Source: Nitrospinales bacterium
GTDB lineage: Bacteria > Nitrospinota > Nitrospinia > Nitrospinales > VA-1
DNA: 64,000 nt
Direction: 5' to 3'
Assembly (NCBI GenBank): GCA_965223795.1
Contig: CBDCXL010000002.1
Span: 1,888,001-1,952,000 of the forward strand
Of the stretch, positions 11,009-23,072 are shown piece after piece (position 1 is the stretch's first letter; the number at the start of each line of letters is the position of its first letter). Under the pieces are notes generated by a model that was given only the letters and a program-made list of their open reading frames with translations, made no database searches and was not told the origin of the DNA. The translations under genes were made by a program, and so were the position numbers.

Positions 11009-11875
11009 GTGAATTCAATCCGTGCGTTCCTCGCGGGAGCGTGCGAAGACCTTGCGCGTTCGGGGGTGTCGTCCGCACGGCTGGATGCGGAGCTTCTGCT
11101 CGCGCATGCGCTCGGCGTCCGGCGTGAAACGATCCATGCGCATCCGGAACGGCGTCTCGATGAACAAGAACACGACCGTGCGCGGCGGTTGATCGACCGG
11201 CGCGCCGGACGCGAACCGGTGGCCTACATTCTGGGCCGCAAGGAATTCATGGGACTCGAATTTGCGGTCACCCCGGATACGCTCATTCCCCGCTGGGAAA
11301 CGGAGGGACTGGTCGCACATTTTTGCGAATGGATCGAAACGGTTTCCTTTCCGCGTCCCCTGCGGCTGCTGGACCTGGGAACCGGATCGGGAAACATTGC
11401 GGTGTGCCTGGCGAAACGGTTTCCGCAAAGCCGCATCATCGCCGCCGATGTCTGTGCCAATGCGCTGGACGTGGCGAAAGCCAACGCAACGCGGCACGGT
11501 GTCGCTGAAAGCGTGCGGTTCGTGCTGAGCGACTGGCTGGAAAACATCGAGGGGGAGCACCACGCGATCCTGTGCAATCCGCCCTACATCGATGAGCAGC
11601 GGATGGCGACCCTGATGCCGGATGTGTGCGATCATGAGCCCGTTCGGGCGCTGAATGGCGGCGAGCGGGGACTGGAGGCGTACCGCCGCCTGATTCCCGA
11701 TGCGCACGCCCGGCTGGTTTCCGGCGGCGGCCTGTTTCTTGAAATCGGCGAGGATCAGGCGGACGCGGTCGGCTCACTGATCGAATCGCATCGGGGCTAT
11801 TCACAACCCAGTGTCATGCAGGATCTCAGCGGCAGCGACCGCATCGTGTTCACGCAGAGGCGAATCGATGGATAA
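11009..11875 (+). CDS. prmC: Release factor glutamine methyltransferase
   Basis: LDLGTGSG, NPPY, EPVAYILG and LIPRWETE motifs; follows prfA. Start uncertain (GTG 11009 or 10979). Confidence 0.95.
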   Translation: MNSIRAFLAGACEDLARSGVSSARLDAELLLAHALGVRRETIHAHPERRLDEQEHDRARRLIDRRAGREPVAYILGRKEFMGLEFAVTPDTLIPRWETEGLVAHFCEWIETVSFPRPLRLLDLGTGSGNIAVCLAKRFPQSRIIAADVCANALDVAKANATRHGVAESVRFVLSDWLENIEGEHHAILCNPPYIDEQRMATLMPDVCDHEPVRALNGGERGLEAYRRLIPDAHARLVSGGGLFLEIGEDQADAVGSLIESHRGYSQPSVMQDLSGSDRIVFTQRRIDG

Positions 11876-13127
11876 ACTCTGGATCGAGGGCGGCCGGCGT
11901 CTGGAAGGCCGGGTTTCGGTGAGCGGCGCGAAAAACGCCGCCCTGCCGCTGCTCGCCGCGACGCTGTTGACCGCGGGCAAGAACGAGATCACGGGACTTC
12001 CGCAGGTACGGGATGTGCGGACGATGGTGCGTCTGTTGAGCGTGCTCGGAGCGCGGGTGGATTTTTTTGAAGGCGACCGCATCGTGCTCGACACGTCGGA
12101 CATCCACAACCACGAAGCCCCCTACGATCTGGTTTCCACCATGCGGGCCTCCTGTCTCGTCCTCGGCCCGCTGCTCGCGCGTCTGGGACGGGCGCGCGTT
12201 TCGCTGCCGGGCGGGTGCGCCATCGGCGCGCGGCCCATGGATCTGCATCTCAAGGGATTGGAAGCGCTCGGGGCGGACATCCAGCTGCAGGAAGGGTACA
12301 TGGACGGCACCGCCAGGCGGCTGCGCGGCAGTCACGTGTATTTCGACACGGTCACCGTCACGGGAACGATGAACCTGATGATGACAGCGGCGCTGACCGA
12401 AGGCGAGACCCTGCTGGAAAATGCGGCGAAGGAACCGGAGGTGGTGTTTCTGGCAGACGTGCTCAACCGGTCGGGCGCGAAGATCGAGGGGCAGGGAAGC
12501 GATGTGATCAGCGTGCAGGGCGTGTCCGGGCTCAAACCCATCGAGTGCCGGGTGTTTCCCGACCGCATCGAAGCGGGGACGTACCTGATGGCGGCGGCCA
12601 TCACCGGCGGGGAGGTGGAGATCGAAAACTGCATTCCCCAGCACCTGGAAGCGGCGATCCACAAGCTGCAGGAAGCGGGCGCTGCCATCGAATCGCAGGG
12701 GACCCGCATCTCTGTGCGCGCCAGGGAACGACTGCGTGGGGTCAACGTCAAGACGCAGCCGCATCCCGGTTTTCCCACGGATCTGCAGGCGCAGTACATG
12801 GGCTTGATGACGCTGGCCGAGGGACAGAGCATCATCGTGGAAAACGTGTTCGAGAACCGGTTCATGCATGCGGCGGAAATGCGGCGCATGGGCGCGGACA
12901 TCACCCTCGACGGCCACACCGCCATCGTCAACGGCGTTGCTCAACTGAGCGGGGCTCCGCTGATGGCGACCGACCTGCGGGCCAGCGCGTCTCTGGTGCT
13001 GACCGCTCTGGCGGCGAAGGGCATCTCGCACATCTCGCGGGTGTATCACATCGACCGGGGCTACGAGGCGATGGAAGAAAAACTTTCCGCGCTGGGCGGG
13101 AAAATCCGCAGGCTCACGGGATTCTGA
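11868..13127 (+). CDS. murA: UDP-N-acetylglucosamine 1-carboxyvinyltransferase
   Basis: GAKNAALP, PGGCAIGARP (catalytic Cys), PGFPTDLQ and TDLRAS motifs; start MDKLW at 11868 overlaps the prmC end. Confidence 0.98.
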   Translation: MDKLWIEGGRRLEGRVSVSGAKNAALPLLAATLLTAGKNEITGLPQVRDVRTMVRLLSVLGARVDFFEGDRIVLDTSDIHNHEAPYDLVSTMRASCLVLGPLLARLGRARVSLPGGCAIGARPMDLHLKGLEALGADIQLQEGYMDGTARRLRGSHVYFDTVTVTGTMNLMMTAALTEGETLLENAAKEPEVVFLADVLNRSGAKIEGQGSDVISVQGVSGLKPIECRVFPDRIEAGTYLMAAAITGGEVEIENCIPQHLEAAIHKLQEAGAAIESQGTRISVRARERLRGVNVKTQPHPGFPTDLQAQYMGLMTLAEGQSIIVENVFENRFMHAAEMRRMGADITLDGHTAIVNGVAQLSGAPLMATDLRASASLVLTALAAKGISHISRVYHIDRGYEAMEEKLSALGGKIRRLTGF

Positions 13128-13131
13128 CGCC

Positions 13132-14241
13132 ATGACCCCTCCTTCCGAGACGCCGCTGCACGAAAAAGACCTCCACAACATCGTCCTGTGGATGCCCAAC
13201 TGGATCGGCGATGTGGTGCTGACGATCCCCTCTCTGCAAGCGCTCAGAAAAAAATTTCCGCATTCGCGCGTCACGGTGGTGGCCCGGTCGCCGGCGGACG
13301 AGCTGCTTTCCGGCCACCCGGCGGTGGACACGGTGATCACGCTGCCGTTTCGGCCCAAGAACCGTTTTCTGAGCTCGGTGCGGTTCGCCTGGAACCTGCG
13401 CAAATACCAGTTCGACCTGGGGGTGGTGCTGCCCAATTCGCTGCGGTCGGCGTTGCTTTTGTTTTTGACGGGGGCGAAAAACCGCCTGGGCTACAACACC
13501 GAGGGACGGGACCTGTTCCTCACCCACCCGCTTTCCGTCACCTCAAAGCAGAAACGCAGCCAGTATCGTGTGGATTATTTTTTCAAGATATTTTCTCCGC
13601 TGCATCTGGATGAACCCGAAAGGGAATTCGCGTCTTTGAGACCGGATAAATCCGACCGCCCGGTGGACGAATTTCTCGCCGAGATGGAAATCAATCCCGG
13701 CGATGCGCTGATCGCGGTGCATCCGGGCACCTCGAAACCGGAACGCGGATGGCACACCGACCGCTTCGCCATTCTGTGCCAGAAGCTGGCGAAGATGCGG
13801 CGGGTGAAGATCGTGCTTTTGGGGACGGAATCGGAAGCGGAGCTTTTGCAGAAGATCCACCGTAACTGCCCGCAGGGTGTGGCGCACCGGCTTCCGGCGA
13901 TGAACCTGAGGGAGATCGCGGCGTTGATCGGCCAATGTGAGCTTTTCATCGGCAACGACAGCGGCATGATGCACGTCGCGGCGATGGTGAACACGCCGGT
14001 CGTCGGGATCTTCGGCCCCGGCAGCCCGGACACGTCGGGACCGTACATGAATCCGGAGCTGCAGGAGATCGTGACCAAATCCTACCCCTGCTCCCCGTGC
14101 CGTCAGCGCTTCTTCAAGGAGTGCAAACCCTCGCCGCACTATAAACCCTACTGTCTGGAAGACATCAGCGTGAAGGATGTGTCGGAGGCGGTGGAGCGGT
14201 TGATCGAGCGGGCGAAAAAAAGCGCGTTCGCCAATCGCTGA
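13132..14241 (+). CDS. waaF: Lipopolysaccharide heptosyltransferase II (GT9)
   Basis: PNWIGDVV, LPNSLRSA, NDSGMMHVA and CSPC motifs. Confidence 0.85.
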   Translation: MTPPSETPLHEKDLHNIVLWMPNWIGDVVLTIPSLQALRKKFPHSRVTVVARSPADELLSGHPAVDTVITLPFRPKNRFLSSVRFAWNLRKYQFDLGVVLPNSLRSALLLFLTGAKNRLGYNTEGRDLFLTHPLSVTSKQKRSQYRVDYFFKIFSPLHLDEPEREFASLRPDKSDRPVDEFLAEMEINPGDALIAVHPGTSKPERGWHTDRFAILCQKLAKMRRVKIVLLGTESEAELLQKIHRNCPQGVAHRLPAMNLREIAALIGQCELFIGNDSGMMHVAAMVNTPVVGIFGPGSPDTSGPYMNPELQEIVTKSYPCSPCRQRFFKECKPSPHYKPYCLEDISVKDVSEAVERLIERAKKSAFANR

Positions 14242-14248
14242 TGCGGGG

Positions 14249-14680
14249 TCAGCGGGAGTCCGGCGCGGAAGGGCCGGTTTTGCCGTCGTTTTCGCCGGAG
14301 CCTTTTTTCACCGCCCAGTGGGGCTCCAGGTCGAAATAGCTGAGGATCAATTCTTCTTCCGCGGCGGTCACGCTGCGCACGTCGAGAGGCGTGGGAGCGT
14401 CCATCAGCGATTCCTTGCGCCAGCGCGTCCGCACCTTGCCCATGTCCACTAGTTTGCAGACCTCCACCGGCACGATCAGGCGTTTTCCCGATATATTGAG
14501 GGTTCCACCCAGGGTGACCACCACATAACGGGGAAGGTAGGTTTCCGGCTCCGCCAGAACCCCTTCGATGCGGGACAGCACGGTGTCGAATTCGTCATAC
14601 AGGTAATGCCCGACGATGCGGTCCTGTTCTCTGAGCTTGTGGATGTTCTCCGTGAGGTGGAGCAGGCGGCTTTCACTCAT
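14249..14680 (-). CDS. PRC-barrel domain protein
   Basis: RYVVVTLGGTLNISGKRLIVP and ESLMDAP ... EEELILSYF pattern. Confidence 0.7.
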   Translation of the reverse strand: MSESRLLHLTENIHKLREQDRIVGHYLYDEFDTVLSRIEGVLAEPETYLPRYVVVTLGGTLNISGKRLIVPVEVCKLVDMGKVRTRWRKESLMDAPTPLDVRSVTAAEEELILSYFDLEPHWAVKKGSGENDGKTGPSAPDSR

Positions 14681-14856
14681 GGCGATCGGACTGCAAAAGG
14701 TTTGAATTTCCCCGCTTTCCCGGGACGCTGGGTTTGTCTCTATCTTGTTGATTTTATTATAGCATAGCCTCCTTCCGGTTGTTATACTTTATAGATCGAC
14801 CGTCCTTTTTTCGCGGTTTCGCAATCGCTATCCCCAAACGGATCCGGAGGAGACTT

Positions 14857-15693
14857 ATGAGCGGAAAGTTTGTTTCTGCTGCGATGATCGGGTTCTGGCT
14901 GGTTCTGGCTGCCGGGATGTTTTCCGTTCCCACGGCGGCGGACGCTGCTGGAATTTACAAATGGAAAGACGACGCGGGGCGGGTGCATTTCACCGATAAC
15001 CCGCAGAAAATACCTGAAAAATACCGCAAGCGGGCGCGCGTTAAAAAAATGCGTTACCGCAATCCGCCCGCTTCCGCTGCGAAGCCCGTTGCGGGCGCCG
15101 GGCAGGGAGACGCGTTAAGCCCCGCCGATGGACAGAACCCTCCGGCAGCGGGAATGCCAGGGCCGATGGGCGATGAATCCAAGATGATGCAGGAGACGAT
15201 CGCGTTTCTCAAACAGGACATCGCCCGCTACACGAAATATGAAGACTATGTGCCGCAGCGGCGCAGTGCGCTGCAGCTGAGAGAAACCATCGTCGGTGCG
15301 CTGCCCGCCAAGGAAGCGCTGGTGGACAAGCTGAAGGAAGCGCAATCGGCGTCGCTGAAAGAGGCGCAGTCGTTTCTCAAGGCGAGCATCGCCAAGGATC
15401 TGGCGGCGAAGAAGCAGGAGGTTCCCAAGCGGCTGGTGTTCATCGGCGAGCGGACCCGCATCAACGGAGAAAAAATTTTCAAGGAAAGTCTGATCGCTAA
15501 ACTCCAATCCGAGATGACCGCCGCCGCCAGTGCGGCGCCGGAAAATACGCCCGGCGCTCCCAAGGATGCCGGCGGCACACCGCAGGGCGCTCCGCCTGTT
15601 CCCGAAAATGCAGGACCTCCTCCGTCACCGGTTCCGGCGGCGGCACCGCCTGTTGCGGAAGACGGATCTTCCTCCAGGAAAAGCTATTACTGA
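14857..15693 (+). CDS. Secreted DUF4124-domain protein with Pro/Ala-rich linkers
   Basis: Signal peptide followed by IYKWKDDAGRVHFTDNP; GGAGGAG RBS before ATG 14857. Confidence 0.8.
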   Translation: MSGKFVSAAMIGFWLVLAAGMFSVPTAADAAGIYKWKDDAGRVHFTDNPQKIPEKYRKRARVKKMRYRNPPASAAKPVAGAGQGDALSPADGQNPPAAGMPGPMGDESKMMQETIAFLKQDIARYTKYEDYVPQRRSALQLRETIVGALPAKEALVDKLKEAQSASLKEAQSFLKASIAKDLAAKKQEVPKRLVFIGERTRINGEKIFKESLIAKLQSEMTAAASAAPENTPGAPKDAGGTPQGAPPVPENAGPPPSPVPAAAPPVAEDGSSSRKSYY

Positions 15694-15891
15694 TCGATTG
15701 CGTGAGCGGACCGCCTTTCGCTTGCCAATGCAGCGATCCCGGTTTTACAATGAGCCGGTCCGGCCTGCGGGCTGGACCGGGTTCGCTCACGACGGGCAAC
15801 GTTTCCTGCGTCTGAATTGAATTTTTTCCCGAGTCTCCCCCCGCGGGGACCGGTTTTTTTCTCCACTTCCATCCTTCCTTCTGTCTGGCCT

Positions 15892-17247
15892 ATGGAAACC
15901 TTCAATCAAGCACTCGAGACGACCCGAGACATCGTGTGGGGCCCATGGCTCCTGATCCTCCTGGTCGGCACCGGCGTTTTTCTCACCGTCCGGCTCAAGG
16001 GCATTCAGTTCCGTCAACTCGGCTACGCGCTCCGGCTCACCTTTGCCAAGGAACGGGAGGGCGATGGAGACATCTCGCATCTCGGCGCGTTGATGACGGC
16101 GCTCGCTTCCACCATCGGCGTGGGCAACATCGCGGGCGTGAGCACGGCGGTGGCGCTGGGCGGGCCGGGCGCGGTGTTCTGGATGTGGGTCACGGCGCTG
16201 TTCGGGATGGCGACGAAATACAGCGAGGGACTGCTGGCGGTCAAGTACCGCAAGGTGAATGCGGATGGAAACATCTCGGGCGGTCCCATGTATTACCTGC
16301 ATGAGGGGCTGGGGAAAAAATGGCTGGGGATGTGCTTCGCTTTTTTCGGTGCGATCGCGGCGTTCGGCATCGGCAACATGGTGCAGGCCAACACCACGGC
16401 CGACGCGCTGGCGGAATTCGGTTTTCCTCCCCATTGGGTGGGCGTGTGCCTGGCTTTTGTGACGGCGCTGGTGATCCTGGGAGGCATCCAGCGCATCGCG
16501 CAGGTGTCCATCCTTCTGGTTCCCGCTCTGGTGGTGTTTTATTTCGGCGGCGCCCTGATCGTGATCCTGAAAAACCTTTCGCAGGTGGGGCCGGGACTGT
16601 TGGGTATTTTCAAGCAGGCGTTCACCGGCACCGCCGTCACCGGCGGGTTCGCCGGCGCGACGGTGGCGCAGGCTTTGCAGTCCGGGGTGGCGCGGGGACT
16701 TTTTTCCAACGAGTCCGGGCTGGGCAGCGCGCCCATCGCGGCGGCGGCGGCGCGCACCAATCAGCCCGCGAAGCAGGCGCTGGTGTCGATGACCGGGACG
16801 TTTCTCGACACGCTCGTGGTGTGCAGCTTCACCGCGCTGGTGCTGGCCGCGACCGGGGCCTGGGAATCGGGCGCGACGGGTGCGGCTCTCACCATCCAGG
16901 CGTTTTCCGCCGGACTGCCGGGAGACTGGGGCAAATGGATCGTGACGATCAGCGTGGTCAACTTCGCGTTCTCCACCATTCTGGGCTGGAGTTATTACGG
17001 TGAGAAGTGCCTGGAGTTTCTCGCCGGCGTGAAGGTGGTGCCGGTGTACCGGGTGGTGTGGGTGTTTTTCGTGCTGCTGGGCGCGGTGATGAAGCTGGAG
17101 GTGGTCTGGCTGCTTTCGGACATCATGAACGGGCTGATGGCGGCGCCCAATCTGATCGGGCTTTTGCTCCTGAGCGGCGTGCTGGTGCGGGAAACGCGGG
17201 AGTTTGAAAACGGGGTGGCGGCCGGCCGGATCGACAAATACGATTGA
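15892..17247 (+). CDS. Sodium:alanine/glycine symporter (AGCS family)
   Basis: [35 protein letters not shown] and FLDTLVVC motifs. Confidence 0.95.
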   Translation: METFNQALETTRDIVWGPWLLILLVGTGVFLTVRLKGIQFRQLGYALRLTFAKEREGDGDISHLGALMTALASTIGVGNIAGVSTAVALGGPGAVFWMWVTALFGMATKYSEGLLAVKYRKVNADGNISGGPMYYLHEGLGKKWLGMCFAFFGAIAAFGIGNMVQANTTADALAEFGFPPHWVGVCLAFVTALVILGGIQRIAQVSILLVPALVVFYFGGALIVILKNLSQVGPGLLGIFKQAFTGTAVTGGFAGATVAQALQSGVARGLFSNESGLGSAPIAAAAARTNQPAKQALVSMTGTFLDTLVVCSFTALVLAATGAWESGATGAALTIQAFSAGLPGDWGKWIVTISVVNFAFSTILGWSYYGEKCLEFLAGVKVVPVYRVVWVFFVLLGAVMKLEVVWLLSDIMNGLMAAPNLIGLLLLSGVLVRETREFENGVAAGRIDKYD

Positions 17248-17341
17248 AAAAGCATCCCCGGCTGCCGGGTTCCTGGGCTGGCAAAACGCGGGCGCGTGTG
17301 CTACAAGGAAGGGGATCCACAAACAAATGCGGTAGGACGCA

Positions 17342-17746
17342 ATGGCGTTTTGTCCCAAATGCGAAGCCGAGTTCCGCCCGGAAATGAGCCTGTGCCCGGA
17401 CTGCAACGTGCAATTGGTGGACGCACTGAGCGGTGAAGAGCGTGAGATCGAAGAGCTCGCCGTCGTGGTCACGATGACGCAGGAACCCGATGCGTACATC
17501 CTAAGGGGATTTCTTGAAAATGAAGGCATCCCCTGCGTGCTGGAAAACGTTTCCTTCCACGCGAGCCCGGCTCCGGCCGGGGAACTCACCAAGGTGCGGC
17601 TGTGGGCCAAAAAGACGGATGTGGCTAAAGCGCGCGCCCTGATCCAGGAACACGAGGACTACCCCACCTGTTCCTCCTGCCACCATGTGGTGCTGGCGCA
17701 GGACACGACCTGCGACTTCTGCGGCGAACCGCTGGATGCGCCCTGA
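17342..17746 (+). CDS. DUF2007-like protein flanked by zinc ribbons
   Basis: FCPKC ... CPDC; AYILRGFLENEGIPC; C-terminal CSSC ... CDFC. Confidence 0.75.
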   Translation: MAFCPKCEAEFRPEMSLCPDCNVQLVDALSGEEREIEELAVVVTMTQEPDAYILRGFLENEGIPCVLENVSFHASPAPAGELTKVRLWAKKTDVAKARALIQEHEDYPTCSSCHHVVLAQDTTCDFCGEPLDAP

Positions 17747-17797
17747 ACGTTCCCGCCCACCGAAATTTCACAGCGGCATCGCTCCCTTCATTCTCCT

Positions 17798-17971
17798 TTA
17801 ATCTACAAAACGGAATTTTCAAATCGTAGAATCTGCAATCTTCGGCTGAGCAGGATCATCACGTGGGCAGGTCTCAATCCACGAATCGGAATTTTTCAAA
17901 TCGTAGAATCTGCAATCTTCGGCCGAACGGAAGCATCACGTGGGCAGGTCTCAATCCACGAATCGGAATTT
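17798..17971. repeat. Tandem direct repeat, period 76-77 bp, containing three copies of the GT2 gene's terminal 21 bp
   Basis: 21-mers at 17798-17818, 17874-17894 and 17951-17971, separated by two near-identical 55/56-bp units. Confidence 0.9.
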
Positions 17972-18634
17972 AAAGATATACCAGAGGGCGGCGATGCCGT
18001 CTTTCCAGGTGATCTTTTTTCCTTCCGAATAGTCGCGGCCGCTGTAGGAGATGGGCACTTCGTAAACGCGCATTTTTCTTTTTGAAATTTTGCTGGTGAT
18101 CTCCGGCTCGAAACCGAAACGGTCGCATTTCAGTTTGATGCTTTCCAGTGCTTTGCGGGTGAACACCTTGTAGCCGGTTTCCATGTCGGTGAGATTGAGG
18201 TTGGTGAGCATGTTGGAAAGCGTCGTCAGCACCTTGTTGCCGACGTAGTGCCAGTAAAACAGCACGCGGTGCGGGCCGCCGAGAAACCGCGATCCGAACA
18301 CCACATCGGCGCGGCCGTCGAGGATGGGTTCCAGCAGGGAGTCGTAGTCTCTGGGGTCGTATTCCAGGTCTGCGTCCTGAACGATGACCACATCGCCGGT
18401 GACGCGGGCAAAACCGGTGCGCAGGGCCGCGCCTTTGCCGCGGTTTTTTTCGTGACGCAGAATCACAAAGCCGGTGCGGTTTTCGAACTCGTTGAGGATG
18501 CCGCCGCTCGTGTCGGTGGAACCGTCGTCGATCAGGATGATTTCCTTTTCGTGAGAGGTGGTTTCCACTTTGCGGATGATTTCGCGCAGGGTGGCCTGCT
18601 CGTTGTAGACGGGAATGACGATCGAAATTTTCAC
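17951..18634 (-). CDS. Glycosyltransferase family 2, DPM1-like (polyprenol-phosphate glycosyltransferase)
   Basis: IVIPVYNE, IDDGSTD, NRGKGAAL, QDADLEYDP, DMETGYK and FGFEPE motifs; start set at GTG 18634. Confidence 0.9.
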   Translation of the reverse strand: MKISIVIPVYNEQATLREIIRKVETTSHEKEIILIDDGSTDTSGGILNEFENRTGFVILRHEKNRGKGAALRTGFARVTGDVVIVQDADLEYDPRDYDSLLEPILDGRADVVFGSRFLGGPHRVLFYWHYVGNKVLTTLSNMLTNLNLTDMETGYKVFTRKALESIKLKCDRFGFEPEITSKISKRKMRVYEVPISYSGRDYSEGKKITWKDGIAALWYIFKFRFVD

Positions 18635-18859
18635 GGGAAGAGAGGGGTTGTCCAGGCGTGGGATGCGGGCGGCGGGGACCGTGTGAGACCCTGACAGAAC
18701 ATGTCCGGAAGAGGGATCCCAGGGTTCCGGGCCGCGGTTATCACGGCGATCCTGGTCCGATGCCAGGCACAATCGCGGGTAGTTTAAGTCAAGCCGAAAA
18801 AAAAGTCTAAAAATTTTTAATGCTGCTCATAAATTCCCTAAAGTCGCGGTGGTGCCGGA

Positions 18860-19369
18860 TTATTTCAGGCGCAGGTTTTGCGCTTGCAGACTGTGAATGA
18901 GTTTTTCGGAAATCACGCCGGTCAACAGTCCCGAGATCAGAGCCAGGGTGAGGAACACCGGCAGCAGGTGGAGGAAGGCGGGTTCGCGGACGAAAAGCAG
19001 AAACACGCACAACACGACGGCGAGGGTGTGGGCGTAGGCGCCGGAGACGCTGACGCCGATCAGGCTGAACGGTCCTTTGCCGTTGCGGTAAAAGAGCGCC
19101 ATCAACAGGGCGGCGCTGAATCCGCCCATGAGGCTGAGAAAGAACGTGGGGCCGAGAAACGTCCCGCCGACGACGGAACCCAGGATCACCCGCAGCCCGG
19201 TGACGATGAGGGCTTCCTTGAATCCCAGAAACACCAGCGCGGCGAGGGTCATGATGTTCGCGAGCCCCAGTTTGATCCAGGGGGAGGGCAAAGGCAGAAG
19301 CGCCTCGACGCGGTGCAGGATCACTCCCAGGGCAACGAGAAACGCCATGGAGAGGAGCTTTTTGTCCAC
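18860..19369 (-). CDS. Gx transporter family membrane protein (heptaprenyl diphosphate synthase component I-like)
   Basis: EALLPLPSPWIKLGLANI, LSLMGG and SLIGVSVSGAYAH motifs; start GTG 19369 or ATG 19348. Confidence 0.85.
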   Translation of the reverse strand: MDKKLLSMAFLVALGVILHRVEALLPLPSPWIKLGLANIMTLAALVFLGFKEALIVTGLRVILGSVVGGTFLGPTFFLSLMGGFSAALLMALFYRNGKGPFSLIGVSVSGAYAHTLAVVLCVFLLFVREPAFLHLLPVFLTLALISGLLTGVISEKLIHSLQAQNLRLK

Positions 19370-19409
19370 GGCCGGGAACGGCGTGGAGGAGCGGGGAGGC
19401 CCGGCTGGT

Positions 19410-21875
<2,466 letters not shown>

Positions 21876-21897
21876 GGAACCGCCGATGCGTTTGGGG

Positions 21898-22833
21898 TTA
21901 AGCCAAAAGTCGCTTCAGGTGGATGAGAACCGAATCGCTCAGATCCTCCGGGTTGTATCCGCCTTCGAGCATGGAGATGAGCCTGCCCTCGCAGATTTCT
22001 TCCGCCGCCTGTTTGATGCGTTCCGTCATCTTACCATAGCCTTCGGTGCTCACTTCCATGTTGGCGAGCGGATCGTTGCGGTGTGCGTCGAAACCGGCGG
22101 AAATGATGATGAGGTCGGGCTTGTAGCGCATCATCTCCGGGATGAGCTTGTTTTCGACCAGGTCGAGGTAGACCGTGTCGCCGCAGTAGGCGTCGAGCGG
22201 AAAGTTGAGCGTCGTTCCCAGCCCGTCGCCGCTGCCGGTTTCGTCTCCGGCACCGGTGCCCGGATAAAACGGGTACTGGTGGACGCTGGAATAATATACG
22301 GATGGATCGCCGTAAAAGGAATGCTGGGTGCCGTTGCCGTGGTGCACGTCCCAGTCAAAGATGAACACACGGTTCATTTGTTTCTTCTCGATCGCGTAGC
22401 GTGCGGCGACGGCGACGTTGTTGAACAGACAGAATCCCATTGCGCGCTGCTGTTCGGCGTGGTGGCCGGGGGGACGCACGGCGCAGAAAGCATTGCGGCT
22501 GCCTTCTTCCATCACCCAGTCCACTGCGTCCATGCCCGCACCGGCGGCGAGCAGCGCCGCTTCGTACGACTGGCCGCTCACCACAGTGTCCGCGTCCAGC
22601 TGCCGCACGCCTCCCTCGCAGGCCTGCTGCACTTGCTCCACGTAGCCCGGATCGTGGTTTCTGCCGATGTCATCGATGGCCGCTTTGTTCGGTTCGCGCA
22701 CGGAAAGCTGCGCGTAGATCTCCGACTCTCTCACCTTGCTGTCGATGGCGCGCAGGCGGCCGGGGTTTTCCGGATGCGGTTCGGTTTCATGCTTGAGGTA
22801 CAGGGGATTGTAATAATAGGCAGTCTGGCTCAC
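21898..22833 (-). CDS. Zn-dependent histone deacetylase-family (HDAC/AcuC/APAH) amidohydrolase
   Basis: HPENPGRL, RPPGHHA, GFCLFNN, DWDVHHGNGTQ, SAGFD and LEGGY motifs. Confidence 0.95.
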   Translation of the reverse strand: MSQTAYYYNPLYLKHETEPHPENPGRLRAIDSKVRESEIYAQLSVREPNKAAIDDIGRNHDPGYVEQVQQACEGGVRQLDADTVVSGQSYEAALLAAGAGMDAVDWVMEEGSRNAFCAVRPPGHHAEQQRAMGFCLFNNVAVAARYAIEKKQMNRVFIFDWDVHHGNGTQHSFYGDPSVYYSSVHQYPFYPGTGAGDETGSGDGLGTTLNFPLDAYCGDTVYLDLVENKLIPEMMRYKPDLIIISAGFDAHRNDPLANMEVSTEGYGKMTERIKQAAEEICEGRLISMLEGGYNPEDLSDSVLIHLKRLLA

Positions 22834-23072
22834 TCGTTTTGCGCCTTCCGTTCGGGGGAATTTCTCTGAGAAACCGCCCGCTACTTCGGCAGACGGTACG
22901 TCCGCCCGCTAGCGACCCAAGCCCGATTGGGCGTGAATAGGGTGTTCCCGGATTTTTGAACGCACGTTCACCGTGCCGGTTTCTTCCGGTCTGACGGGCT
23001 TGTGTCTTTGCTTCACCTGGAAATGATGAGAGAATATCAAAATCCCCAATTTGGAGCAACCGGATTGAATTC

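Noticed and set aside
15694..15891. Glycine riboswitch upstream of the AGCS symporter
   Set aside because: The conserved GGAGA...CCGAAG...CTCTCAGG elements are not present
17798..17971. Possible mini-CRISPR array
   Set aside because: The intervening units are near-identical rather than unique spacers, the repeat is the gene's own 3' end, and no cas genes are present
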